NCBI RefSeq assembly: GCF_006345805.1
Contig: NC_043008.1
Location: 9,486,001-9,550,000, forward strand
Length of the DNA: 64,000 bases
Direction of reading: 5' to 3'
Origin: Octopus sinensis
Lineage: Eukaryota
Of this stretch, positions 38,617 to 52,500 are shown piece by piece. Position 1 is the first letter of the stretch; every line of letters starts with the position of its first letter. A program made the translations under genes and the position numbers. The notes beneath the pieces were generated by a model. That model had not been told where the DNA came from, did no database searches, and saw only the letters and a program-made list of their open reading frames with translations.

Positions 38617-39075
38617 CAGCCGTCCAAGAATTTGGACCTGGAGATCTCCATTTCCAGCGACTTCGAGGGCCACTTCCCAGTGGTGTCGGACGTCAACGAA
38701 GAGCCCTCGACTACAACAAAATAACCAAAGTTTTTTTTTTCCAAGGTTTGGGATCTCCTGCCCCTAAGCCCTAGACCATCACCTAATCACCCTTACCCGT
38801 CTTCTTGCTCAACAGCCACAACAACAACAACAACACACACACACACACACACCCACACACACACAGCCGTTCAAGAATTTGAACCTGGAGATCTCCATTT
38901 CCAGCGACTTCGAGGGCCACCTCCCAGTGGTGTCGGACGTCAACGAAGAGCCCTCGACTACAACAAAATGACCAAAGTTTTTTTTTTCCAAGGTCTGGGG
39001 TCTCCCGCCCCTAAGTCCTAGGCCATTGCCTAATCACCCTTACCCGTCTTGTTGTTTAACACCCACAACAACAAC
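38617..39075 (+). repeat. 247-bp diverged tandem duplication ending in (CAA)n, possibly a LINE 3' end
   Basis: CAGCCGT(C/T)CAAGAATTTG at 38617 and 38864. Confidence 0.8.
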
Positions 39076-40344
39076 AGTTTATTCATCTGCAAAATAAGTT
39101 TGTACAATGAATCAGTTGGATAGACCTTGAAGATAACAGCCTGTAGAAAATATACAATGTCTGCTTCTCAGCTCAGTCAAGATTTGGTTATAAGTGCTTG
39201 GCAAACAGGAACAAAATGATTTGGCATAGCTTCCTGGCAGTCTCCCTCCTCTCTCTCTCTCTCTCTGAAAATTCCCACCGCACTGGTGAAAGCAGGAAAA
39301 ATTCTTTTATTTATTGATAATCAGAAGCTCAAAATGACATTGGATTTTTTTGTGCTGGTTGGTCTACCATACAATGTGATTAGATACAAAATTGTATCCC
39401 ACGTGAAACTAGACCAAACCAAGAAATGGACTTGGTCAAGTATTACACCATCACATGACCAGTTTATGTGACCAATTGTTAGGAACATGACCAGTTTATG
39501 TGACCGAGCCAATTTCTGACTATTTAAGCCTAAACGATGCATCAATTTATGACAATAGTCTCACTCTACAACAAAAACAGCACATTGAACCTATTACTAA
39601 AACAAGATCCTATAACAGTGCAATCTGAGATAAGGTTGAATCACCAGGTCTACTGTTCTAGTCACACCATAGATCTACAAGGCAGTGAGCTGACAGAAAC
39701 ATTAGCATGCCGGGTGAAATGCTTAGCGGTATTTCGTCTGTCTTTACATTCTGAGTTCAAATTCCACCGAGGTCGACTTTCCCTTTCATCCTTTCGGGGT
39801 CGATAAATTAAGTACCAGTTACACACTTGGGTCGATGTAATCGACTTAATTCGTCTGTCTGTCCTTGTTTGTCTCCTGTGTTTTTAGCCCCTTGTGGGTA
39901 GTAAAGAAATAGGTATTTCGTCTGTCTTTACATTCTAAGTTCAAATTCCACCAAGGTTGACTTTTCCTTTCATCCTTTCAGGGTCGATAAATTAAGTACC
40001 AGTTGCGTACTGTGGTCGATCTAATCGACGGCTCCCCTCCGCCAAAATTTCAGGCCTTGTGCCTAGAGTAGAAAAGACCATAAGTCTACAACAGAACTCA
40101 AGCGTACACTTAGGCATACAATAATTCTATGGGACTTACCATGGCAGCCTGGATATTTCTCCACAGCTCTGATTATTTCTCGCATGCCTTTTGTTCATGT
40201 TGCTGTGGTTTTTGATGTGTTGTTGTTGCTGTTGCTGTTGTTGTTTAACCCCAAGACAGTCTTAATCAAGCCTATCTATGATCAAGGGCTTTTCAGTTGT
40301 AACTGTCACTTTTATTTTTTTTTACTCTGAACTACATTATCTTA

Positions 40345-40640
40345 TAGTGGAGGCACATGGCCTAGTGGTTAGAGCAGCGGACTCGCAGTCAAGAGATTGC
40401 AGGTTCAAATCTCAGACCGGGCGAATTGTGTATTTATGAGTGAAACACCTGAGCTACAAGCAGCTCTGGCAGAAGATAATAGCAAACTTCTGCTGACCCT
40501 TTCGCCACAACTTTCTCTCACTCTTTCCTCCTGCATCTTGCAGCTCACCAGACTGGCGTCCCATCCATGTGGGGAACCTATACGCCAAGGAAACTGGGAA
40601 ACCAGCCCTTATGAGCCAGGCATGGCTCGAGTAGGAACAA
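40345..40640 (+). mobile_element. SINE-C copy with an alternative 3' tail
   Basis: GGCACATGGCCTAGTGGTTAGAGCAGCGGACTCG...GGTTCAAATCTCAGACCGGGCG head; tail ...GGAAACCAGCCCTTATGAGCC...AACAAACAAAC. Confidence 0.75.
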
Positions 40641-40812
40641 ACAAACATTATCTTATGTGCTCCACCTTTTCTTTAGAGAATACGGTATGATTCAAGAAGA
40701 GATGTAGTTGTTATTTATAGCAGATCAAGTCCCATAAAATCTCCCTCTCATACTCTTTCACACATAAAGATATTAAAAGAGTAGTTCTGGACCCTCCCTT
40801 GTGCCAGATTAA

Positions 40813-41259
40813 CCCTTTAGCATTTAATCCATGAAGCCCCACTGTCCTATAAATAGGACACTAAATGAGAACATTAAATAAGCTATATCACATTGTCTCA
40901 ATGTCCTATTTATAGGACACCAAGTATTTCTACTTCTACTTGAAGTAAAGGAGTTTTAATGATTATTTTTTTCATTTTAACCAATTTTCAATCATTTGTA
41001 AAAATTTAAAAGTAATATTCAGAAATTTAAGTACTCTGGGACTTAATGGGTTAATCTGGCCATATCCGTCCCAGACATTGTATCTGTTTTTATGTTGAAA
41101 CAGGACACATCCAGCTTCTCACTCCTACCCTACAATGCCATTCTAAAAGGGAATATTCACATCTTTGAAATCTTGAAGCTACAAGATATTACATAATTGA
41201 TTTTAAAAATGTGGATAAATAAGCATTACATGTGATAAATTAATCTGAACGCTAAAGGA
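40813..41259. mobile_element. Nested piggyBac-type MITEs (inner element 40828-41050)
   Basis: Outer TTAA|CCCTTTAGCAT...CGCTAAAGGA|TTAA; inner TTAA|TCCATGAAGCCCCA...TGGGACTTAATGGG|TTAA. Confidence 0.8.
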
Positions 41260-41457
41260 TTAAACTGGCCATACCCAGCCTGAGCATGTGTGTGTGCATT
41301 TGTCTTTATGTGTGTGCATTTGTCTTTATGTGTGTGCATTTGTCTGTGTGTGTGTATTTGTCTGTGTGTGTGTGTGTGTGTGCGTGCATTTGTCTTTGTG
41401 TATGTATATGTGCATCTGTGAATATGTGTGTGTATTTGTCTATGTGTGTGTGCATGC

Positions 41458-41497
<40 letters not shown>

Positions 41498-42751
41498 ATG
41501 TGTGCTTGAGTGTGTCTTTGTATTGAAACTACTTGGGCAGCAATGGCATTACTTATGTTCCCTATAACCAAATCCTCCCAGTCAGACAAGGTCTAAAGTA
41601 CTTTACTTGAAAAGCAAGTAAATGCCGGAATCAGGACAGGGTGACCCTAGAATCCTGCCTTGCATCTCATCCAACACAAGAATGCAAAAGAAAAGCAAAC
41701 ATAAAAACAATGATGATGATCATGATGATGGCAATCTGTATACATGTGTGTGTGTGTGCGTGTGTGATACACTGCTTTACCTTCTTTCCTTCCTTTTCTT
41801 CTTCCTCCTCTTCTTTCTTTCCCTATAATTCCATTCACAGCAAGCTTTATAGAAACAGCAAATCTCTTGATCCACTTAATATGGTATAACAAGGACAGAT
41901 CAACTTAATGGAGCCCATTCCTTTCTCCAGTTTGTTGATTACAGCTGGAAATCACGCCAGATATGGTCATCGAAGTGGAAACTGAACCTGGATCTTCACT
42001 AATGCCATTTTACTGACCCACTTTCGCTTACTTAATAAAAATGTGGCTCAGAACTTTCGTCTTAGAAATCCTTTATTGATTATACAGGCACAGGCATGGA
42101 TCTGTAGTAAGATCTTTACTTCCCAACCACATGGTTCCAGATTCAATCCCACTACATGGAAACTTGGGCAAGTGTCTTCTATTGTAGCTTCAGGCCAACA
42201 AAAATGTTGTGAGTGGATTTGGTAGATAAAAACTGAAAGAAGCCCATCGTGTGTGTGTGTGTGTCTTTGTCTCCCACACTCTGCTTCACAACTGGTATTG
42301 GTGTGTTTATGTCCCTATAACTTAGTGGTTTGGCAAAAGAGACTGATAGATTAATTAAGAAAAAAAACCCCAGAAGTACTGGAGTCAGTTCTTTTGACAA
42401 AAAGTTCTTCATGGAGGTGCCCCAGCATGGCCACAGCCTAATGACTGAAAGAAGTAACAGACAAAAAGACAAACAGTACAGTGCTTCCATTTCTTAGACT
42501 GAAACATTTACTTCTACATAGAACCAGAGAATGACAGAACCAATAAACTAAGCCATCTTTAATTAAACAACCTTACCAGGAACAGATTGGAACATTTGTG
42601 ACAGAATTCAGACCATCAATCTTTGTACAGTGTTCTATCAATTTGGTCAGTAGTAATTACCCAAATGCTTGTACTTTAATATAAATACATAAAACCTGTT
42701 TGTTCACATGAAACCAATTATCAATTGTGTTCTTTCTTCTGTTTTCTCCAG

Positions 42752-42798
42752 TCGTGCCGAAACAGAAAAAGGCCTCTCTCGTAAACATATCATTGAAG
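42752..42798 (+). CDS. KCNAB: Kv-beta exon f, 47 bp: RAETEKGLSRKHIIE(G)
   Basis: gttttctccag|T CGT GCC GAA ACA GAA AAA GGC CTC TCT CGT AAA CAT ATC ATT GAA G|gtagag; GLSRKHIIE motif. Confidence 0.95.
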
Positions 42799-43328
42799 GT
42801 AGAGAACTGCTTCTTTTACTTTTTTATAAACCAATCTCATAATTTTTATGACATAATTTTTTTTAATTAAATCACGTAGGCCTTTATGTGTACACACACA
42901 CACACACACACAGACTCATACATATACTCGCATGGTCATTTAACTACATACACAATTAGAAACACACGTACAAGCAAATACCCGCATGCATACACATAGA
43001 CATGCACATACATATATATATACATGCAGAAGCAAACATGGAAAGCTTCCTGAAAAAAAGTAGCAGGAAATTAAATCGGGATCCAAGATTACTGGTTGGA
43101 ATCAAAGACGGTTGATTTAATCAAACAATACAAAATCTAATTTAGTGACGTATGAACAACAACAACAATAAAAAATAATATAACAATAACAACACATAAA
43201 AACAACAACAAAATACAATGCAAACAAAAACAGAAAGAAAAAAATAAACAATTGCAACTTGCTGAAACTGTCCCCATAAAATTGATTAATTCTACTTTAA
43301 TCCAAGAACACAGAATTGTGTGGAGGAG

Positions 43329-43751
43329 GGATCTTTTTCGGTTTGAACGGCAGTTTTTTAAAATAATTTCCACGTAACTCAACACTTTTAAACTTCGTAT
43401 ACTGGTAGAATGTGTTTATAAAACATCTTTTTCTCTTGGCTTTATTGAGAAAATTCTATAGTTTGTAAGATATTTGTTGTTTTTTTTTTCTTCAATTTCT
43501 GCAATTTCAACCAATCAATGACGTCTATTGAGGTAAAAAAAAACATTCTGTGCTGTATGAATATGTCCCTCGTTTAAGAAACAGATTGGGTTTATTTACA
43601 TTTCTGAAGAAAAAAGATAACCTTCCCCCCACCCCTAACCCTAACCCTAAAACAGATTGAAATGCAATAGATCGATACTAGGGTCATAATTATGGGTGAC
43701 AATTTCATATGACACCGCTAGAAAAAACTGCCGTTCAAGCCGAAAAGATCC
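43329..43751. mobile_element. Non-autonomous TIR element, 423 bp, about 30-bp TIRs, probable 8-bp target duplication
   Basis: GGATCTTTTTCGGTTTGAACGGCAGTTTTTT ... AAAAAACTGCCGTTCAAGCCGAAAAGATCC; flanks TGGAGGAG and GGGAGGAG. Confidence 0.85.
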
Positions 43752-45454
43752 GGGAGGAGTTCTGGTTATTGATTAAACCTTGGTATATAACTGGTATTCA
43801 TTTTATAAAATCATGGAGGGATGGTATGTAAATTTGATGCTGGTTACATATGAACTCTAAGCATAAACTGTAGAAAATTTGCCTTAGTGTGACACTCTGC
43901 TGTAGCTACTGGACCCACTATTATTTAGTATAGACATAACTAAAAATGCAAAACTTTCACAAGAGATAACAAAGGGAGAAAAGAAAATGTGATGTGAGAG
44001 AAACACATTTTCAAATATGAATGGAGAAAGGGAGAGATGTTATAGAATATATAGAATGATGTATTAAGATTTTAAAGGTACAAACACAGACATACATACA
44101 CAGGCATATATGTATACATACATTTGAATAGGAAAAAGAATTACATACAGTAATTGAAATGAATTATAATTAAAGGCTATAAAACATGAAAGAATATTGG
44201 TTAAATTGATTTAGGGTACTCCATGAGCTCCCTGTTCACTTTATTGTTCTACACATTGTGTGTGAGTGCAACTGAATGTACCAGTAAGCATTTTTAAAGA
44301 CAGTTAGTGTTGAAAAATATCAACATCTTGAGGGTAATCTCTTTTAAGCTTAGTAGAATGGCTAAGTTTTAATTTAACAAATAATCTATCATTTGCATGT
44401 TGTTTATATTCTAAACTTAATTGTTAATGTGTTGTATTCTTACTTCTTCAGAAAGACAATATTACCAGAGATGCATAATTTTGTCTACTAACTGATTATT
44501 TGATTTCTAAAGAATGGTGAATCTTAGTTCAAATGATCTCTTCATTGTTTTCATTATTTTCCCAAAATGAGATTTTGTTGTCATTCAAAAGAATCTGTTC
44601 CTCCTCCTTGCCTCTTTACTTTGATTTATGTTGGGTCTTCTTTTTCTGTGATTTTTTTCCTTTTTCTTTTTTTTTAACCTTTCATATTTTCACCAGATGT
44701 TGGTAAATTTTCATCTGTAATTATTATTTTGCCTCATTGCACCATGAAGATTTGGTCTTACAGGTTGGCACTGTTAGATGAGATGTTTGCTCATCTATTC
44801 TTGACAATGCTCTTCAAGGTATTTCACTTGCCATCCCCAGATGGTCTGGAAACTGAAGTCTGTTTTCTTTTGTTTCGCTTGATCCCCTTTTTCCCCCACT
44901 TTTTTTTCTTGCTCTAAATCATTCCAGTTCTTCTTGTAATTTAATTCTGAGGTGAATTTTACTCAGACAGACCTTGCAACCAGGTTTTCTGCCCCCTTTA
45001 TCCCTGTATCATTAATTTCATACCCTTTGTTTCAGTTCCTTCTTTGGGGCTCAGTTCTAGTATGACTTTGTATCTTTTGAGTGTCATTAGGATTTGTGAA
45101 TCCCTTTTCATGCTCACTGACCACAAGCCACCATTTCTTAATCCTGCTTTGACCATTCTCCCATACTGTAATGTAAAAAGCAACTACTAAACACAGATCT
45201 ATATTGTTTCAAATGTCTCCGATTGTCGCTCTTATGTTTCTGTGACCCTGAATTAGGATACAGATGTGAAAGCTATGTCTGACAACTTTGCCCTATGCTT
45301 TTAGCTGTCTTTAGTGTTACATCTGCTTCAAATAGTACCCATAGCTTTTTTTATTTCTCTATTGAGAAAACGTCTGTTATTTCCTGAAAAGCCTGTGGTA
45401 CCACAAGGCATGAGAGATTTAATCTGTTTCCATCCTTTTAGTAGTAGAGATATA

Positions 45455-45683
45455 CGAGGCAGTGCTAAAAAGTTCCTGGCTTCAAGTAAAAGAAAATGCT
45501 GCAGAATCAAGGATCAGTTAATTATGATTTTATTCAACATGCCCCCCCCCCTCTCAGATTCACACTCTTATTTCAGCAGTCCTTCAGTATTTCTAAATCC
45601 TGTAAAAAAAACTCAGAAATTTGGGCATCTAACCAGGCCTTTCACAGCACCCTTAAAGACAAGAACTTTTCAGTACCCCCTCG
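45455..45683. mobile_element. mariner-type MITE, 229 bp
   Basis: TA|CGAGGCAGTGCTAAAAAGTTC...GAACTTTTCAGTACCCCCTCG|TA. Confidence 0.88.
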
Positions 45684-46200
45684 TATGACATTTTTCTCTT
45701 CTCTCTCTCTCCTGGATTAGCTCTGGTGGCAAAGAAATTCTCTCACCTTCATTTTTTCTGGTAACTGATTGATTTAAGAATTCCTTTCATTCATTTTATA
45801 TTAAAGGAAGCTTTGACTTATGAACAGAATGCAGTATTTGAAATCATGTAAGAGATGTTCTTGCTGTTGTTGCTACTAGCTCTTTCTTCAAAACTACTTT
45901 CATTTCTTCATTTGTTGTGGTTTAGTCTTGAAGCGTTATTACATATGATGGCCAGTTTGAATGTGAAGATGTAATAGGTGCAAATAAATTCATAAAAGTT
46001 TTATCTTTTTTTTTTGTTTGTTGGCAACACCCTCATTATCCAAAAACAGGCTGACTTTAGGCAGTTATTGAATAATAATAATAATAAGAAGAAGAATATA
46101 TTTTGCAGTGGGTATTTGATGGAGACATTGCAAGAAGAATTTACTATTTTGTGGGGATTTACTACTACTACTACTAATAATTATAATAATTATAATAATT

Positions 46201-46231
<31 letters not shown>

Positions 46232-46603
46232 TAATAATAATAATAACAATAATGATAAATTCTCCCATCAAAGATGACATATGAGTTGCACAAAACCTTT
46301 GTCTATTGTGATCAAATGTTTGTGCTGTGCACCCTCACTAATAATGATGATAATAATGAAAATGATAATAACAATAATAATAATAACGATAATAATAATA
46401 ATGATAATTTCATTTATTTGCCACCAGGGTGAAAGATGAGAGGGACAATACAAAGACAGACATACAGTGTGTGTGGGGGTTTACATATAATGAAATGATA
46501 AAATAGTTATATAAATAACAAAAATAGATGTAATTATAAACAGTATACAAAGAAAATGAAGGGAAATATACAGAGTATACAAAGGTTTAAAGAAAAATAA
46601 CCC

Positions 46604-46646
<43 letters not shown>

Positions 46647-46693
46647 TGATGATAATAATAATAATAATAATGTCATTCTTTTCTTTCCCACAG

Positions 46694-46780
46694 GTTTGAA
46701 AGGATCACTAGATCGTCTGCAGCTATCTTATGTTGATATAGTTTTTGCCAATAAACCCAGTGCACAAACACCAATGGAAG
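46694..46780 (+). CDS. KCNAB: Kv-beta exon g, 87 bp: [28 protein letters not shown](E)
   Basis: ttcttttccccacag-type acceptor, GT TTG AAA...ATG GAA G|gtaagt; SLxRLQLxYVDxVFAN motif with Asn at the position where most AKRs have His. Confidence 0.96.
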
Positions 46781-47946
46781 GTAAGTAAAGTGATAGAGTA
46801 AGAGCTCAATTTATATATGCCTTAACCCTATGCTATATATTTAATATCTGATGCCAAATAAAATGCATATTAAAGCAGCAAGCTGGCAGAAATGTTAGCA
46901 TGCTGGGCGCGAAATGCTTACCGGTATTTTGTCTGTCTTCATGTTCTGAGTTTAAGTTCCACTAAGGGCAACTTTGCTTTTCATTCTTTCGGGGTCGATT
47001 AAATAAGTACCAGTTACGCACTGGGGTCAATATAATCGATTTAATCCCTTTGTCTGTCCTTGTTTGTCCCCTCTGTGTTTAGCCCCTTGTGGATATTAAA
47101 GAAATAGGTATTTCGTCTGCCGCTACATTCTGAGTTCAAATTCCACTGAGGGCAACTTTGCCTTTCATTCTTTCAGGGTCGATTAATTAAGTACCAGTTG
47201 CATACTGCGGTCGGTCTAATTGACTGTCCCCCTCCCCCAGAATTTCGGGCCTTGTGCCTAAAGTAGAAGAGAATATTTCATTCTGGGAAGGCGGCAAGCT
47301 GGCAGAAATGTTAGCATGCTGGGTGAAATGCTTAGCAGTATTTTGTCTGTCTTCATGTTCTGAGTTCAAATTCCGTCAAGGTCGACTTTGCCTTTCATCT
47401 TTTCAGCGTCAATAAATTAAGTACCAGTTGTGTACTGGAGTTGATCTAATTGACTGTCCTCTCCCCCAAAATATCAGGCCTTAGAGTAGAAAAGAATATA
47501 AAACACATATCCTTTTAAAAAATGTCTCCAAAAATCACTCCGGTCCAGTATGCGGAGTTGTACCTCCTATAAACATTAATGCACTAAAAAGCATTTTTTC
47601 CTGAGCAGTTGCAAGTGTGGCTGTGTGGTGAGAAGTTTGCTCTGCAACCACATGGTTTCAGGTTCAATCCCACTGCCCCTTGAGCAAGTGTCCCCCACCG
47701 ATGCTGGTGTGTTTACATCCATGTAACTTAGTGCTTCGGCAAAAGGGGTTGATAGTTTAAGTACTAGCTTAAAGAATAAGTTTTGGGGTCAATTTGCTCA
47801 ACTAAAGGTGATGCTCCAGCATGGTCACAGTCAAATTACTGAAACAAGTAAAAGAATATATGTAAACAAGTAAAAGAATATATGTGTGTGTGTATATATA
47901 TATATATATGTATATGTGTGTGTGTATATATATATATATGTATGTG

Positions 47947-47983
<37 letters not shown>

Positions 47984-48044
47984 GTGTATATATATATATG
48001 TGTGTATATATATATGTATGTGTATATATATATATATGTTTGTG

Positions 48045-48075
<31 letters not shown>

Positions 48076-48097
48076 ATATATGTATATATATGTAAAA

Positions 48098-48136
<39 letters not shown>

Positions 48137-49280
48137 AACAAGACAGATGTGGTACCGTAAATTATTAATATCTCACCTACATTGCATGTCATTCATCTTA
48201 TGCAATTATTCTTTTACTTCTTAAAAAATACAAACAGAGAAAATAAAGGTAAAAATAGAACTGATAATAAAAATAACTCCAAGATGTAATTAGAGAAGAG
48301 TAAGAACTAAATTTCCGAAAGAAAACAGATAAAAGAATAAATTTCATCTTGTACTTCCACCAGCTGTCATTAAATGTTTTCATATCTTCAAAGAATAATC
48401 TCAAGAAAACATGAACATCTTTCTCTGCAACATAATGTTTCCCCAGACTTTGTCTCATTCTGAGATAAACAAATAAAGTTTATCTGACTTATATAACTAT
48501 TACTAATACATTATAGCTGTTCTCGGTACACTGACTGCCAAAAATATAGCATACTCTTTGGGTTGCTGATTCATCGGTTTTATATTAACTGCTTTGAATT
48601 CTTTGGAATTTCGGAACAGAAGAGCCAACTTCCGTTGTGTGAGTGTGTGTGTGTGTTTGTGTGTGTGTGTGTTTGTGTGTGTAGGTATGTCTTTATACAG
48701 TGTATGTATGAGACACAGACAAAAATTATTGCATAATGAGATACACTTTTACTCTTTTACTCTTTTACTTGTTTCAGTCATTTGACTGCGGCTATGCTGG
48801 AGCACCGCCTTTAGTCGAGCAAATCGACCCTGGGACTTATTCTTTGTAAGCCCAGTACTTATTCTATCAGTCTCTTTTGCCGAACCACTAAGTGACGGGG
48901 TCATAAACACACCAGCATCGGTTGTCAAGCAATGCTAGGGGGACAAACACAGACACACAAACACACACACACATACATATAACGGGAAGCTTTATGAAAA
49001 TAAACAAAAGACGAAGGCAGGTGGAAAACAAACGAACAATTGTATTAGTATATATACGACAGGCTTCTTTCAGTTTCCGTCTACCAAATCCACTCACAAG
49101 GCATTGGTCGGCCCGGGGCTATAGCAGAAGACACTGGCCCAAGATGCCACGCAGTGGGACTGAACCCGGAACCATGTGGTTGGTAAACAAGCTACTTACC
49201 ACACAGCCACTCCTGCGCCTATTTAAGTTCTCTTTACTTGAAGAATGTGTATCCAGTTACATGACAGACATACGGATATA

Positions 49281-49511
49281 CAGGGTGGCCCAAAACTAGG
49301 TTTACAATTATTCAATTATCTCTTTTGCATTCTTATATTAAGAGTTTAGATCTTAATTATAAAAAAATATGAAACAATTATTCTATGCTAATTTAATTAA
49401 TTTTGTCAAGCTCCCTTTTCAGTTTGTAAGATAAAAATTTTAATGTAATAAAATGTTTTAAAAGAAATTTAAAGTACCTACGTGATAACTGTAAACATAC
49501 TTTTGGGCCAC
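49281..49511. mobile_element. Tc1/mariner-type MITE with a clipped right TIR
   Basis: TA|CAGGGTGGCCCAAAACTAGGTTTACA...TGTAAACATACTTTTGGGCCAC. Confidence 0.75.
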
Positions 49512-52500
49512 GCCGAAATCCTCGGATCTTTCCAGGAATTCTTCTTCCCACCCTCAGAACTTTCCAGGAAATCCTCGGCACTTTCCAGGAAGTCCTCGGA
49601 ACTTTCCAGGAAATCCTTGGAAAATTCCAGGTGGTCCTCTATTTTTCTCCATCCTCGTAACTTTCGGATGACGTTGGACATTCCTTGAATTCCTCGGAAA
49701 TTTTCCAGAAGCCTCAGAATTTCATGGAAGTGTCCTCCCATCGGAACTTTCCATGTAATATCGTCCCCAATCCTCACAACTTAAAGGGTACACGTGTCTG
49801 GAATACTCAGCCACTTGCACATTAATTTCATGAGCAGACTGTTCTGTTGATTAGATCATGCTCTTTGCCATAACCAATGGAGTACTAGTTATGTGTACGT
49901 AAGTATGTATGTGTGCATGTGTTTATGTGTGCACTGTCATCTGCGTGTGCATTCATGTGTGTGTGTGACATAGCATTTACACTTCTCTCCAGAAATATAT
50001 CTGCAACAGACTGTGATGGGTCATCTTTTGCCTTTATGCATTTCAAGATGTATAAAAAATCTCTTACTTAAAATGCAGTTAAGGGTTAGCAACAGGAAGA
50101 GCATCCAGCTCTAAAACAATGCCTTGATAATTTATTCATTTAACGCATGGTAGTATAGACACAGATATGTGTGTCTGTGTGTGTGTGTGGGTGTGTGTTT
50201 GAATGCATCGATATATACATGCATACACATGTATATATACATATACAGACACATACATACTCACACATTCATTTACATACATACGTGTGGTAAGAAGCTT
50301 GCTTCCCAACCACACGGTTCCAAGTTCTCTCCCACTGCACTGCACCTCAGGCCAGCCTTGAGAGTAGATTTGGTAGACAGAAACCGAAAGAAGTCTATCA
50401 TGTGTGTGGGGGTGGGTGTGTGCATGTGCCTTTCTGTCTGTGTCTGTCCCCCACCACTGTTTAACAATCAATGTTGGTGTGTCTACATCCCCATAACTTA
50501 GTAGTTCAGCAATAGAGACTGATAGAATAAGTATTTGACTTTTAAAAAAAGTAGTGGAGTTGCTCCAATCAAATAAAAATTCTTCAAGGCAGTGCTGTAG
50601 CATGGCCATAGCCTAAAGACTAAAACAAGTTAAAGATAAAAAATTAAAAAAAACATAAAGGCACAGGAGTGGCTGTGTGGGAAGTAGCTTGCTAACCAAC
50701 CACATGGTTCCAGGTTCAGTCCCACTGCATAGCACCTTGGGCAAGTGTCTTCTTCTGTATCTTCAGGCTGACCAAAGCCTTGTGAGTGGATTTGGTAGAT
50801 GGAAACTGAAAGAAGCTCGTCATATATATGTGTGTGTGTGAGTATGTGTGTATATGTTTGTGTGCCTGTGTTTGTCCCCCCCCCACCACCACCATCACTT
50901 GACAACCAATGCTGGTGTGTTTACGTTCCCATAACTTAGCAGTTCGGCAAAAGAGAGACCAATAGAATAAGTGTACAAGGCTTCCAAAGAATAAGTCCTG
51001 GGGTCGATTTGCTCGACTAAAGGTGGTGCTCCAGCATGGCCACAGTCAAATGACTGAAACGAATAAAAGAATAAGAGATATACCAACACAAACACACACA
51101 TATCCACACAAATGTTTTGGCTAACATTCAAGAGTACAGAGCAGTAAACTGCTTGTTAATTTTCCAGTTGAAATGGTAAGACGAAAGTATATTCCTGTCC
51201 TAGGCGTCATCTCATTTAAAATTATGGCTAGGATAGTGTTGAGTTCCTTGCCCAAGGTCATAGCATATAACCATTAACAAGATTTAAAATTCCTCTCTGT
51301 TTGCCAGTAATCCGATGCCTTCACTAGTTTGCCAGGCATATGGTAAGTTTATGGTGTGCATTTAAGCACTTATTGATATTTGGGTGTGTATATATACATT
51401 TATTACAGAATAAAGAATGGCACATTTGGTAAAAAGCCAATTATGCTATATATGTTTCAGAGGAATTTGAAATATAGTAATTTGATGATCTGAGTTCAGT
51501 TCCTTCTAGAGTTAAAATGACTTTCAAAGTCAATGTATACAACACTATCTTGTCATCATCATCGTTTAACATCCACTTTCCATGCTAGCATGGGTTGGAT
51601 CATTTAACTGAGGACTGGCAAACCATATTGCTGCTCCAGGCTCCAATCTGATCTGGTAGTGTTTCTATAGCTGGATGCCCTTCCTAATGCCAACCACTCC
51701 AAGAGTGTGGTGAGTGCTTTTACGTGCCACCGGCACAAGGGCCAGTCAGGTGGTACTGGCAATGGCCACACTCAAATGGTATTTTTTACATGCCACCTGC
51801 ACAGAAGCCAGTCCAGTGGCACTGGCAACGACCTCACTCGAATGTTTTTTCACGTGCCACCAGCACAAGTGCCAGTGAGGCATTGCTGGTAACGATCATG
51901 CTCGAACGGTGCTTTTAATGTGTCACTAACACGGAAGCCAGTCAGCTGCTCTGGCAACGATCACGCTCGGATGGTGCTCTTAGCGCTCCACTAGCACGGA
52001 TGTCAGTCATCGAATTTGATTTCAATTTCGATTTCACTTGCGGTATTTAATATACACTCATTCAAGGCAGCGTATTGGCAGGATCGTTAGCACACTGGGT
52101 GGGGTGCTTAGCAGTGTTTTGTCTGTCTTTATGTTCTGAGTTCAAATTCTGCTAAAGTCAACTTTCATCCCTTCAGGGTTGATAAGATAAGTACCTGTTG
52201 AGTACAGGGGTTGATGTAATTGACTTACTCCAATCCCTGAAATTACTGGATTTGTGCCACAATTTGAAATCAATATATGCTCACCAGTGTTGGGTCATTG
52301 TCAGTGTCACCTGACTGGCTCCCGTGCTGGTCGCATGTAAAAAATACCATTCAAGCGTGGTCGATACCAGTACCACCTGACTGGCTACCATGCCAATGGC
52401 ATGTAAAAAGCACCATTCAAGTGTGGTCAATGCCAGTACCACCTGACTGGCCCTCATACTAGTGGCACGTAAAAAGCACCACTACACTCTCAGAGTGGTT

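Noticed and set aside
44780-45200. Purine-rich minus-strand stretch that might be an old LINE ORF
   Set aside because: No motif recoverable by eye
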